Source: Auanema rhodensis
Lineage: Eukaryota > Animalia > Nematoda
Assembly: GCA_964057225.1 (NCBI GenBank)
Contig: OZ059894.1
Location: forward strand, 22,630,001-22,694,000
Direction of reading: 5' to 3'
Length of the DNA stretch: 64,000 nt
The translations under genes were made by a program, and so were the position numbers. Positions 11,001 through 24,485 of this stretch are shown here, piece by piece. The notes under the pieces were generated by a model. The model searched no databases. It worked only from the letters and a program-made list of their open reading frames with translations, and was not told where the DNA came from. Position 1 is the stretch's first letter; each line of letters starts with the position of its first letter.

Positions 11001-14000
11001 ATTTTTAAGCTAGCGCAAATCTGCTAACACAGATCGACGCAGCTTAAAAATCCGTATCAAATGCACTATACTACATTGAGAAACGCTTAATACAAAAATT
11101 AGTTATGATCGTTTGAAAAATGATGCATTAGTGTATGTTGAGTTTCCATGTACACTCAACATTGCTTCCAAAAACATTTTGACAAAACTTTTTTCGAAAA
11201 ATTTCAGAATAATTTAGCAAAAAGTAGATGTTTTAAGATTCCTTTTCTCAAGGCAAAGACGATGGTCAATGTTATTCAACGAAAAAATCAATTCTTCAGG
11301 GTGAAAATCGAGGATATAAGTGTGAACTTATATCAGTTGATATCTCGGTGCATTTTTAAGCTAGCGCAAATCTGATAACACAGATCGACGCAGCTTAAAA
11401 ATCCGCATCGAATGCACTATACTACATTGAGAAACGCTTAATACAAAAATTAGTTATGATCGTTTGAAAAATGATGCATTAGTGTATGTTGAGTTTCCAT
11501 GTACACTCAACATTGCTTCCAAAAACATTTTGACAAAAATTTTTTCGAAAAATTTCAGAATAATTTAGCAAAAAGTAGATGTTTTTAGATTCCATTTTTC
11601 AAGGCAAAGACGATGGACAATGTTATTCAACGAAAAAATTAATTCTTCAGGGTGAAAATCGAGGATATAAGTGTGAACTTATATCAGTTGATATCTCGGT
11701 GCATTTTTAAGCTAGCGCAAATCTGATAACACAGATCGACGCAGCTTAAAAATCCGCATCGAATGCACTATACTACATTGAAAAACGCTTAATACAAAAA
11801 TTAGTTATGATCGTTCGAAAAATGATGCATTAGTGTATGTTGAGTTTCCATGTACACTCAACATTGCTTCCAAAAACATTTTGACAAAAATTTTTTCGAA
11901 AAATTTCAAAATAATTTAGCAAAAAGTAGATGTTTTTAGATTCCATTTTTCAAGGCAAAGACGATGGACAATGTTATTCAACGAAAAAATTAATTCTTCA
12001 GGGTGAAAATCGAGGATATAAGTGTGAACTTATATCAGTTGATATCTCGGTGCATTTTTAAGCTAGCGCAAATCTGATAACACAGATCGACGCAGCTTAA
12101 AAATCCGCATCGAATGCACTATACTACATTGAGAAACGCTTAATACAAAAATTAGTTATGATCGTTTGAAAAATGATGCATTAGTGTATGTTGAGTTTCC
12201 ATGTGCACTCAACATTGCTTCCAAAAACATTTTGACAAAAATTTTTTCGAGAAATTTCAAAATAATTTAGCAAAAAGTAGATGTTTTTAGATTCCTTTTT
12301 TCAAGGCAAAGACGATGGACAATGTTATTCAACGAAAAAATTAATTCTTCAGGGTGAAAATCGAAGATATAAGTGTGAACTTATATCAGTTGATATCTCG
12401 GTGCATTTTTAAGCTAGCGCAAATCTGATAACACAGATCGACGCAGCTTAAAAATCCGCATCGAATGCAATATACTACATTGAGAAACGCTTAATACAAA
12501 AATTAGTTATGATCGTTTGAAAAATGATGCATTAGTGTATGTTGAGTTTCCATGTACACTCAACATTGCTTCCAAAAACATTTTGACAAAAATTTTTTCG
12601 AGAAATTTCAAAATAATTTAGCAAAAAGTAGATGTTTTTAGATTCCTTTTTTCAAGGCAAAGACGATGGACAATGTTATTCAACGAAAAAATTAATTCTT
12701 CAGGGTGAAAATCGAGGATATAAGTGTGAACTTATATCAGTTGATATCTCGGTGCATTTTTAAGCTAGCGCAAATCTGCTAACACAGATCGACGCAGCTT
12801 AAAAATCCGCATCGAATGCACTATACTACATTGAGAAACGCTTAATACAAAAATTAGTTATGATCGTTTGAAAAATGATGCATTAGTGTATGTTGAGTTT
12901 CCATGTACACTCAACATTGCTTCCAAAAACATTTTGACAAAAATTTTTTCGATAAATTTCAGAATAATTTAGCAAAAAGTAGATGTTTTTAGATTCCATT
13001 TTTCAAGGCAAAGACGATGGACAATGTTATTCAACGAAAAAATTAATTCTTCAGGGTGAAAATCGAGGATATAAGTGTGAACTTATATCAGTTGATATCT
13101 CGGTGCATTTTTAAGCTAGCGCAAATCTGCTAACACAGATCGACGCAGCTTAAAAATCCGCATCGAATGCACTATACTACATTGAGAAACGCTTAATACA
13201 AAAATTAGTTATGATCGTTTGAAAAATGATGCATTAGTGTATGTTGAGTTTCCATGTACACTCAACATTGCTTCCAAAAACATTTTGACAAAAATTTTTT
13301 CGATAAATTTCAGAATAATTTAGCAAAAAGTAGATGTTTTTAGATTCCATTTTTCAAGGCAAAGACGATGGACAATGTTATTCAACGAAAAAATTAATTC
13401 TTCAGGGTGAAAATCGAGGATATAAGTGTGAACTTATATCAGTTGATATCTCGGTGCATTTTTAAGCTAGCGCAAATCTGATAACACAGATCGACGTAGC
13501 TTAAAAATCCGCATCGAATGCACTATACTACATTGAAAAACGCTTAATACAAAAATTAGTTATGATCGTTCGAAAAATGATGCATTAGTGTATGTTGAGT
13601 TTCCATGTACACTCAACATTGCTTCCAAAAACATTTTGACAAAAATTTTTTCGAAAAATTTCAAAATAATATAGCAAAAAGTAGATGTTTTTAGATTCCA
13701 TTTTTCAAGGCAAAGACGATGGACAATGTTATTCAACGAAAAAATTAATTCTTCAGGGTGAAAATCGAGGATATAAGTGTGAACTTATATCAGTTGATAT
13801 CTCGGTGCATTTTTAAGCTAGCGCAAATCTGATAACACAGATCGACGCAGCTTAAAAATTCGCATCGAATGCACTATACTACATTGAGAAACGCTTAATA
13901 CAAAAATTAGTTATGATCGTTTGAAAAATGATGCATTAGTGTATGTTGAGTTTCCATGTACACTCAACATTGCTTCCAAAAACATTTTGACAAAAATTTT

Positions 14001-17000
14001 TTCGAGAAATTTCAGAATAATTTAGCAAAAAGTAGATGTTTTTAGATTCCTTTTTTCAAGGCAAAGACGATGGACAATGTTATTCAACGAAAAAATTAAT
14101 TCTTCAGGGTGAAAATCGAAGATATAAGTGTGAACTTATATCAGTTGATATCTCGGTGCATTTTTAAGCTAGCGCAAATCTGATAACACAGATCGACGCA
14201 GCTTAAAAATCCGCATCGAATGCACTATACTACATTGAGAAACGCTTAATACAAAAATTAGTTATGATCGTTTGAAAAATGATGCATTAGTGTATGTTGA
14301 GTTTCCATGTACACTCAACATTGCTTCCAAAAACATTTTGACAAAAATTTTTTCGAGAAATTTCAAAAAAATTTAGCAAAAAGTAGATGTTTTTAGATTC
14401 CATTTTTCAAGGCAAAGACGATGGACAATGTTATTCAACGAAAAAATTAATTCTTCAGGGTGAAAATCGAGGATATAAGTGTGAACTTATATCAGTTGAT
14501 ATCTCGGTGCATTTTTAAGCTAGCGCAAATCTGATAACACAGATCGACGCAGCTTAAAAATTCGCATCGAATGCACTATACTACATTGAGAAACGCTTAA
14601 TACAAAAATTAGTTATGATCGTTTGAAAAATGATGCATTAGTGTATGTTGAGTTTCCATGTACACTCAACATTGCTTCCAAAAACATTTTGACAAAAATT
14701 TTTTCGAGAAATTTCAGAATAATTTAGCAAAAAGTAGATGTTTTTAGATTCCTTTTTTCAAGGCAAAGACGATGGACAATGTTATTCAACGAAAAAATTA
14801 ATTCTTCAGGGTGAAAATCGAAGATATAAGTGTGAACTTATATCAGTTGATATCTCGGTGCATTTTTAAGCTAGCGCAAATCTGATAACACAGATCGACG
14901 CAGCTTAAAAATCCGCATCGAATGCACTATACTACATTGAGAAACGCTTAATACAAAAATTAGTTATGATCGTTTGAAAAATGATGCATTAGTGTATGTT
15001 GAGTTTCCATGTACACTCAACATTGCTTCCAAAAACATTTTGACAAAAATTTTTTCGAGAAATTTCAAAAAAATTTAGCAAAAAGTAGATGTTTTTAGAT
15101 TCCTTTTTTCAAGGCAAAGACGATGGACAATGTTATTCAACGAAAAAATTAATTCTTCAGGGTGAAAATCGAAGATATAAGTGTGAACTTATATCAGTTG
15201 ATATCTCGGTGCATTTTTAAGCTAGCGCAAATCTGATAACACAGATCGACGCAGCTTAAAAATCCGCATCGAATGCACTATACTACATTGAGAAACGCTT
15301 AATACAAAAATTAGTTATGATCGTTTGAAAAATGATGCATTAGTGTATGTTGAGTTTCCATGTACACTCAACATTGCTTCCAAAAACATTTTGACAAAAA
15401 TTTTTTCGAGAAATTTCAAAATAATTTAGCAAAAAGTAGATGTTTTTAGATTCCTTTTTTCAAGGCAAAGACGATGGACAATGTTATTCAACGAAAAAAT
15501 TAATTCTTCAGGGTGAAAATCGAAGATATAAGTGTGAACTTATATCAGTTGATATCTCGGTGCATTTTTAAGCTAGCGTAAATCTGATAACACAGATCGA
15601 CGCAGCTTAAAAATCCGCATCGAATGCAATATACTACATTGAGAAACGCTTAATACAAAAATTAGTTATGATCGTTTGAAAAATGATGCATTAGTGTATG
15701 TTGAGTTTCCATGTACACTCAACATTGCTTCCAAAAACATTTTGACAAAAATTTTTTCGAGAAATTTCAAAATAATTTAGCAAAAAGTAGATGTTTTTAG
15801 ATTCCTTTTTTCAAGGCAAAGACGATGGACAATGTTATTCAACGAAAAAATTAATTCTTCAGGGTGAAAATCGAAGATATAAGTGTGAACTTATATCAGT
15901 TGATATCTCGGTGCATTTTTAAGCTAGCGCAAATCTGCTAACACAGATCGACGCAGCTTAAAAATCCGCATCGAATGCAATATACTACATTGAGAAACGC
16001 TTAATACAAAAATTAGTTATGATCGTTTGAAAAATGATGCATTAGTGTATGTTGAGTTTCCATGTACACTCAACATTGCTTCCAAAAACATTTTGACAAA
16101 ACTTTTTTCGAAAAATTTCAGAATAATTTAGCAAAAAGTAGATGTTTTTAGATTCCTTTTTTCAAGGCAAAAACGATGGACAATGTTATTCAACGAAAAA
16201 ATTAATTCTTCAGGGTGAAAATCGAGGATATAAGTGTGAACTTATATCAGTTGATATCTCGGTGCATTTTTAAGCTAGCGCAAATCTGCTAACACAGATC
16301 GACGCAGCTTAAAAATCCGCATCGAATGCACTATACTACATTGAGAAACGCTTAATACAAAAATTAGTTATGATCGTTTGAAAAATGATGCATTAGTGTA
16401 TGTTGAGTTTCCATGTACACTCAACATTGCTTCCAAAAACATTTTGACAAAAATTTTTTCGAGAAATTTCAAAATAATTTAGCAAAAAGTAGATGTTTTT
16501 AGATTCCTTTTTTCAAGGCAAAGACGATGGACAATGTTATTCAACGAAAAAATTAATTCTTCAGGGTGAAAATCGAAGATATAAGTGTGAACTTATATCA
16601 GTTGATATCTCGGTGCATTTTTAAGCTAGCGCAAATCTGATAACACAGATCGACGCAGCTTAAAAATCCGCATCGAATGCAATATACTACATTGAGAAAC
16701 GCTTAATACAAAAATTAGTTATGATCGTTTGAAAAATGATGCATTAGTGTATGTTGAGTTTCCATGTACACTCAACATTGCTTCCAAAAACATTTTGACA
16801 AAAATTTTTTCGAGAAATTTCAAAATAATTTAGCAAAAAGTAGATGTTTTTAGATTCCTTTTTTCAAGGCAAAGACGATGGACAATGTTATTCAACGAAA
16901 AAATTAATTCTTCAGGGTGAAAATCGAGGATATAAGTGTGAACTTATATCAGTTGATATCTCGGTGCATTTTTAAGCTAGCGCAAATCTGCTAACACAGA

Positions 17001-20000
17001 TCGACGCAGCTTAAAAATCCGCATCGAATGCACTATACTACATTGAGAAACGCTTAATACAAAAATTAGTTATGATCGTTTGAAAAATGATGCATTAGTG
17101 TATGTTGAGTTTCCATGTACACTCAACATTGCTTCCAAAAACATTTTGACAAAAATTTTTTCGAGAAATTTCAAAATAATTTAGCAAAAAGTAGATGTTT
17201 TTAGATTCCTTTTTTCAAGGCAAAGACGATGGACAATGTTATTCAACGAAAAAATTAATTCTTCAGGGTGAAAATCGAAGATATAAGTGTGAACTTATAT
17301 CAGTTGATATCTCGGTGCATTTTTAAGCTAGCGCAAATCTGATAACACAGATCGACGCAGCTTAAAAATCCGCATCGAATGCACTATACTACATTGAGAA
17401 ACGCTTAATACAAAAATTAGTTATGATCGTTTGAAAAATGATGCATTAGTGTATGTTGAGTTTCCATGTACACTCAACATTGCTTCCAAAAACATTTTGA
17501 CAAAAATTTTTTCGAGAAATTTCAAAATAATTTAGCAAAAAGTAGATGTTTTTAGATTCCTTTTTTCAAGGCAAAGACGATGGACAATGTTATTCAACGA
17601 AAAAATTAATTCTTCAGGGTGAAAATCGAAGATATAAGTGTGAACTTATATCAGTTGATATCTCGGTGCATTTTTAAGCTAGCGTAAATCTGATAACACA
17701 GATCGACGCAGCTTAAAAATCCGCATCGAATGCAATATACTACATTGAGAAACGCTTAATACAAAAATTAGTTATGATCGTTTGAAAAATGATGCATTAG
17801 TGTATGTTGAGTTTCCATGTACACTCAACATTGCTTCCAAAAACATTTTGACAAAAATTTTTTCGAGAAATTTCAAAATAATTTAGCAAAAAGTAGATGT
17901 TTTTAGATTCCTTTTTTCAAGGCAAAGACGATGGACAATGTTATTCAACGAAAAAATTAATTCTTCAGGGTGAAAATCGAAGATATAAGTGTGAACTTAT
18001 ATCAGTTGATATCTCGGTGCATTTTTAAGCTAGCGCAAATCTGCTAACACAGATCGACGCAGCTTAAAAATCCGCATCGAATGCAATATACTACATTGAG
18101 AAACGCTTAATACAAAAATTAGTTATGATCGTTTGAAAAATGATGCATTAGTGTATGTTGAGTTTCCATGTACACTCAACATTGCTTCCAAAAACATTTT
18201 GACAAAACTTTTTTCGAAAAATTTCAGAATAATTTAGCAAAAAGTAGATGTTTTTAGATTCCTTTTTTCAAGGCAAAGACGATGGACAATGTTATTCAAC
18301 GAAAAAATTAATTCTTCAGGGTGAAAATCGAGGATATAAGTGTGAACTTATATCAGTTGATATCTCGGTGCATTTTTAAGCTAGCGCAAATCTGCTAACA
18401 CAGATCGACGCAGCTTAAAAATCCGCATCGAATGCACTATACTACATTGAGAAACGCTTAATACAAAAATTAGTTATGATCGTTTGAAAAATGATGCATT
18501 AGTGTATGTTGAGTTTCCATGTACACTCAACATTGCTTCCAAAAACATTTTGACAAAACTTTTTTCGAAAAATTTCAGAATAATTTAGCAAAAAGTAGAT
18601 GTTTTTAGATTCCTTTTTTCAAGGCAAAGACGATGGTCAATGTTATTCAACGAAAAAATCAATTCTTCAGGGTGAAAATCGAGGATATAAGTGTGAACTT
18701 ATATCAGTTGATATCTCGGTGCATTTTTAAGCTAGCGCAAATCTGATAACACAGATCGACGCAGCTTAAAAATCCGCATCGAATGCACTATACTACATTG
18801 AAAAACGCTTAATACAAAAATTAGTTATGATCGTTCGAAAAATGATGCATTAGTGTATGTTGAGTTTCCATGTACACTCAACATTGCTTCCAAAAACATT
18901 TTGACAAAAATTTTTTCGAAAAATTTCAAAATAATTTAGCAAAAAGTAGATGTTTTTAGATTCCATTTTTCAAGGCAAAGACGATGGACAATGTTATTCA
19001 ACGAAAAAATTAATTCTTCAGGGTGAAAATCGAGGATATAAGTGTGAACTTATATCAGTTGATATCTCGGTGCATTTTTAAGCTAGCGCAAATCTGATAA
19101 CACAGATCGACGCAGCTTAAAAATCCGCATCGAATGCATTATACTACATTGAGAAACGCTTAATACAAAAATTAGTTATGATCGTTTGAAAAATGATGCA
19201 TTAGTGTATGTTGAGTTTCCATGTACACTCAACATTGCTTCCAAAAACATTTTGACAAAAATTTTTTCGAGAAATTTCAAAATAATTTAGCAAAAAGTAG
19301 ATGTTTTTAGATTCCTTTTTTCAAGGCAAAGACGATGGACAATGTTATTCAACGAAAAAATTAATTCTTCAGAGTGAAAATCGAAGATATAAGTGTGAAC
19401 TTATATCAGTTGATATCTCGGTGCATTTTTAAGCTAGCGCAAATCTGATAACACAGATCGACGCAGCTTAAAAATCCGCATCGAATGCACTATACTACAT
19501 TGAGAAACGCTTAATACAAAAATTAGTTATGATCGTTTGAAAAATGATGCATTAGTGTATGTTGAGTTTCCATGTACACTCAACATTGCTTCCAAAAACA
19601 TTTTGACAAAAATTTTTTCGAGAAATTTCAAAATAATTTAGCAAAAAGTAGATGTTTTTAGATTCCTTTTTTCAAGGCAAAGACGATGGACAATGTTATT
19701 CAACGAAAAAATTAATTCTTCAGGGTGAAAATCGAAGATAGAAGTGTGAACTTATATCAGTTGATATCTCGGTGCATTTTTAAGCTAGCGTAAATCTGAT
19801 AACACAGATCGACGCAGCTTAAAAATCCGCATCGAATGCAATATACTACATTGAGAAACGCTTAATACAAAAATTAGTTATGATCGTTCGAAAAATGATG
19901 CATTAGTGTATGTTGAGTTTCCATGTACACTCAACATTGCTTCCAAAAACATTTTGACAAAAATTTTTTCGAAAAATTTCAAAATAATTTAGCAAAAAGT

Positions 20001-23000
20001 AGATGTTTTTAGATTCCATTTTTCAAGGCAAAGACGATGGACAATGTTATTCAACGAAAAAATTAATTCTTCAGGGTGAAAATCGAGGATATAAGTGTGA
20101 ACTTATATCAGTTGATATCTCGGTGCATTTTTAAGCTAGCGCAAATCTGATAACACAGATCGACGCAGCTTAAAAATCCGCATCGAATGCATTATACTAC
20201 ATTGAGAAACGCTTAATACAAAAATTAGTTATGATCGTTTGAAAAATGATGCATTAGTGTATGTTGAGTTTCCATGTACACTCAACATTGCTTCCAAAAA
20301 CATTTTGACAAAAATTTTTTCGAGAAATTTCAAAATAATTTAGCAAAAAGTAGATGTTTTTAGATTCCTTTTTTCAAGGCAAAGACGATGGACAATGTTA
20401 TTCAACGAAAAAATTAATTCTTCAGAGTGAAAATCGAAGATATAAGTGTGAACTTATATCAGTTGATATCTCGGTGCATTTTTAAGCTAGCGCAAATCTG
20501 ATAACACAGATCGACGCAGCTTAAAAATCCGCATCGAATGCACTATACTACATTGAGAAACGCTTAATACAAAAATTAGTTATGATCGTTTGAAAAATGA
20601 TGCATTAGTGTATGTTGAGTTTCCATGTACACTCAACATTGCTTCCAAAAACATTTTGACAAAAATTTTTTCGAGAAATTTCAAAATAATTTAGCAAAAA
20701 GTAGATGTTTTTAGATTCCTTTTTTCAAGGCAAAGACGATGGACAATGTTATTCAACGAAAAAATTAATTCTTCAGGGTGAAAATCGAAGATAGAAGTGT
20801 GAACTTATATCAGTTGATATCTCGGTGCATTTTTAAGCTAGCGTAAATCTGATAACACAGATCGACGCAGCTTAAAAATCCGCATCGAATGCAATATACT
20901 ACATTGAGAAACGCTTAATACAAAAATTAGTTATGATCGTTTGAAAAATGATGCATTAGTGTATGTTGAGTTTCCATGTACACTCAACATTGCTTCCAAA
21001 AACATTTTGACAAAAATTTTTTCGAGAAATTTCAAAATAATTTAGCAAAAAGTAGATGTTTTTAGATTCCTTTTTTCAAGGCAAAGACGATGGACAATGT
21101 TATTCAACGAAAAAATTAATTCTTCAGGGTGAAAATCGAGGATATAAGTGTGAACTTATATCAGTTGATATCTCGGTGCATTTTTAAGCTAGCGCAAATC
21201 TGCTAACACAGATCGACGCAGCTTAAAAATCCGCATCAAATGCACTATACTACATTGAGAAACGCTTAATACAAAAATTAGTTATGATCGTTTGAAAAAT
21301 GATGCATTAGTGTATGTTGAGTTTCCATGTACACTCAACATTGCTTCCAAAAACATTTTGACAAAACTTTTTTCGAAAAATTTCAGAATAATTTAGCAAA
21401 AAGTAGATGTTTTTAGATTCCTTTTCTCAAGGCAAAGACGATGGTCAATGTTATTCAACGAAAAAATCAATTCTTCAGGGTGAAAATCGAGGATATAAGT
21501 GTGAACTTATATCAGTTGATATCTCGGTGCATTTTTAAGCTAGCGCAAATCTGATAACACAGATCGACGCAGCTTAAAAATCCGCATCGAATGCACTATA
21601 CTACATTGAGAAACGCTTAATACAAAAATTAGTTATGATCGTTTGAAAAATGATGCATTAGTGTATGTTGAGTTTCCATGTACACTCAACATTGCTTCCA
21701 AAAACATTTTGACAAAAATTTTTTCGAAAAATTTCAGAATAATTTAGCAAAAAGTAGATGTTTTTAGATTCCATTTTTCAAGGCAAAGACGATGGACAAT
21801 GTTATTCAACGAAAAAATTAATTCTTCAGGGTGAAAATCGAGGATATAAGTGTGAACTTATATCAGTTGATATCTCGGTGCATTTTTAAGCTAGCGCAAA
21901 TCTGATAACACAGATCGACGCAGCTTAAAAATCCGCATCGAATGCACTATACTACATTGAAAAACGCTTAATACAAAAATTAGTTATGATCGTTCGAAAA
22001 ATGATGCATTAGTGTATGTTGAGTTTCCATGTACACTCAACATTGCTTCCAAAAACATTTTGACAAAAATTTTTTCGAAAAATTTCAAAATAATTTAGCA
22101 AAAAGTAGATGTTTTTAGATTCCATTTTTCAAGGCAAAGACGATGGACAATGTTATTCAACGAAAAAATTAATTCTTCAGGGTGAAAATCGAGGATATAA
22201 GTGTGAACTTATATCAGTTGATATCTCGGTGCATTTTTAAGCTAGCGCAAATCTGATAACACAGATCGACGCAGCTTAAAAATCCGCATCGAATGCACTA
22301 TACTACATTGAGAAACGCTTAATACAAAAATTAGTTATGATCGTTTGAAAAATGATGCATTAGTGTATGTTGAGTTTCCATGTGCACTCAACATTGCTTC
22401 CAAAAACATTTTGACAAAAATTTTTTCGAGAAATTTCAAAATAATTTAGCAAAAAGTAGATGTTTTTAGATTCCTTTTTTCAAGGCAAAGACGATGGACA
22501 ATGTTATTCAACGAAAAAATTAATTCTTCAGGGTGAAAATCGAAGATATAAGTGTGAACTTATATCAGTTGATATCTCGGTGCATTTTTAAGCTAGCGCA
22601 AATCTGATAACACAGATCGACGCAGCTTAAAAATCCGCATCGAATGCAATATACTACATTGAGAAACGCTTAATACAAAAATTAGTTATGATCGTTTGAA
22701 AAATGATGCATTAGTGTATGTTGAGTTTCCATGTACACTCAACATTGCTTCCAAAAACATTTTGACAAAAATTTTTTCGAGAAATTTCAAAATAATTTAG
22801 CAAAAAGTAGATGTTTTTAGATTCCTTTTTTCAAGGCAAAGACGATGGACAATGTTATTCAACGAAAAAATTAATTCTTCAGGGTGAAAATCGAGGATAT
22901 AAGTGTGAACTTATATCAGTTGATATCTCGGTGCATTTTTAAGCTAGCGCTAATCTGCTAACACAGATCGACGCAGCTTAAAAATCCGCATCGAATGCAC

Positions 23001-24485
23001 TATACTACATTGAGAAACGCTTAATACAAAAATTAGTTATGATCGTTTGAAAAATGATGCATTAGTGTATGTTGAGTTTCCATGTACACTCAACATTGCT
23101 TCCAAAAACATTTTGACAAAAATTTTTTCGATAAATTTCAGAATAATTTAGCAAAAAGTAGATGTTTTTAGATTCCATTTTTCAAGGCAAAGACGATGGA
23201 CAATGTTATTCAACGAAAAAATTAATTCTTCAGGGTGAAAATCGAGGATATAAGTGTGAACTTATATCAGTTGATATCTCGGTGCATTTTTAAGCTAGCG
23301 CAAATCTGATAACACAGATCGACGTAGCTTAAAAATCCGCATCGAATGCACTATACTACATTGAAAAACGCTTAATACAAAAATTAGTTATGATCGTTCG
23401 AAAAATGATGCATTAGTGTATGTTGAGTTTCCATGTACACTCAACATTGCTTCCAAAAACATTTTGACAAAAATTTTTTCGAAAAATTTCAAAATAATTT
23501 AGCAAAAAGTAGATGTTTTTAGATTCCATTTTTCAAGGCAAAGACGATGGACAATGTTATTCAACGAAAAAATTAATTCTTCAGGGTGAAAATCGAGGAT
23601 ATAAGTGTGAACTTATATCAGTTGATATCTCGGTGCATTTTTAAGCTAGCGCAAATCTGATAACACAGATCGACGCAGCTTAAAAATTTGCATCGAATGC
23701 ACTATACTACATTGAGAAACGCTTAATACAAAAATTAGTTATGATCGTTTGAAAAATGATGCATTAGTGTATGTTGAGTTTCCATGTACACTCAACATTG
23801 CTTCCAAAAACATTTTGACAAAAATTTTTTCGAGAAATTTCAAAATAATTTAGCAAAAAGTAGATGTTTTTAGATTCCTTTTTTCAAGGCAAAGACGATG
23901 GACAATGTTATTCAACGAAAAAATTAATTCTTCAGGGTGAAAATCGAGGATATAAGTGTGAACTTATATCAGTTGATATCTCGGTGCATTTTTAAGCTAG
24001 CGCAAATCTGATAACACAGATCGACGTAGCTTAAAAATCCGCATCGAATGCACTATACTACATTGAAAAACGCTTAATACAAAAATTAGTTATGATCGTT
24101 CGAAAAATGATGCATTAGTGTATGTTGAGTTTCCATGTACACTCAACATTGCTTCCAAAAACATTTTGACAAAAATTTTTTCGAAAAATTTCAAAATAAT
24201 ATAGCAAAAAGTAGATGTTTTTAGATTCCATTTTTCAAGGCAAAGACGATGGACAATGTTATTCAACGAAAAAATTAATTCTTCAGGGTGAAAATCGAGG
24301 ATATAAGTGTGAACTTATATCAGTTGATATCTCGGTGCATTTTTAAGCTAGCGCAAATCTGATAACACAGATCGACGCAGCTTAAAAATTCGCATCGAAT
24401 GCACTATACTACATTGAGAAACGCTTAATACAAAAATTAGTTATGATCGTTTGAAAAATGATGCATTAGTGTATGTTGAGTTTCC

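Noticed and set aside
11148-11375. 75-aa ORF (MYTQHCFQKHF...) from the ORF track
   Set aside because: It lies wholly inside one satellite monomer. It is open only because a private T>A at 11235 turns TAG into AAG and the ATCAATT allele removes a TAA. Other monomers have the stop, and the peptide has no recognisable motif.
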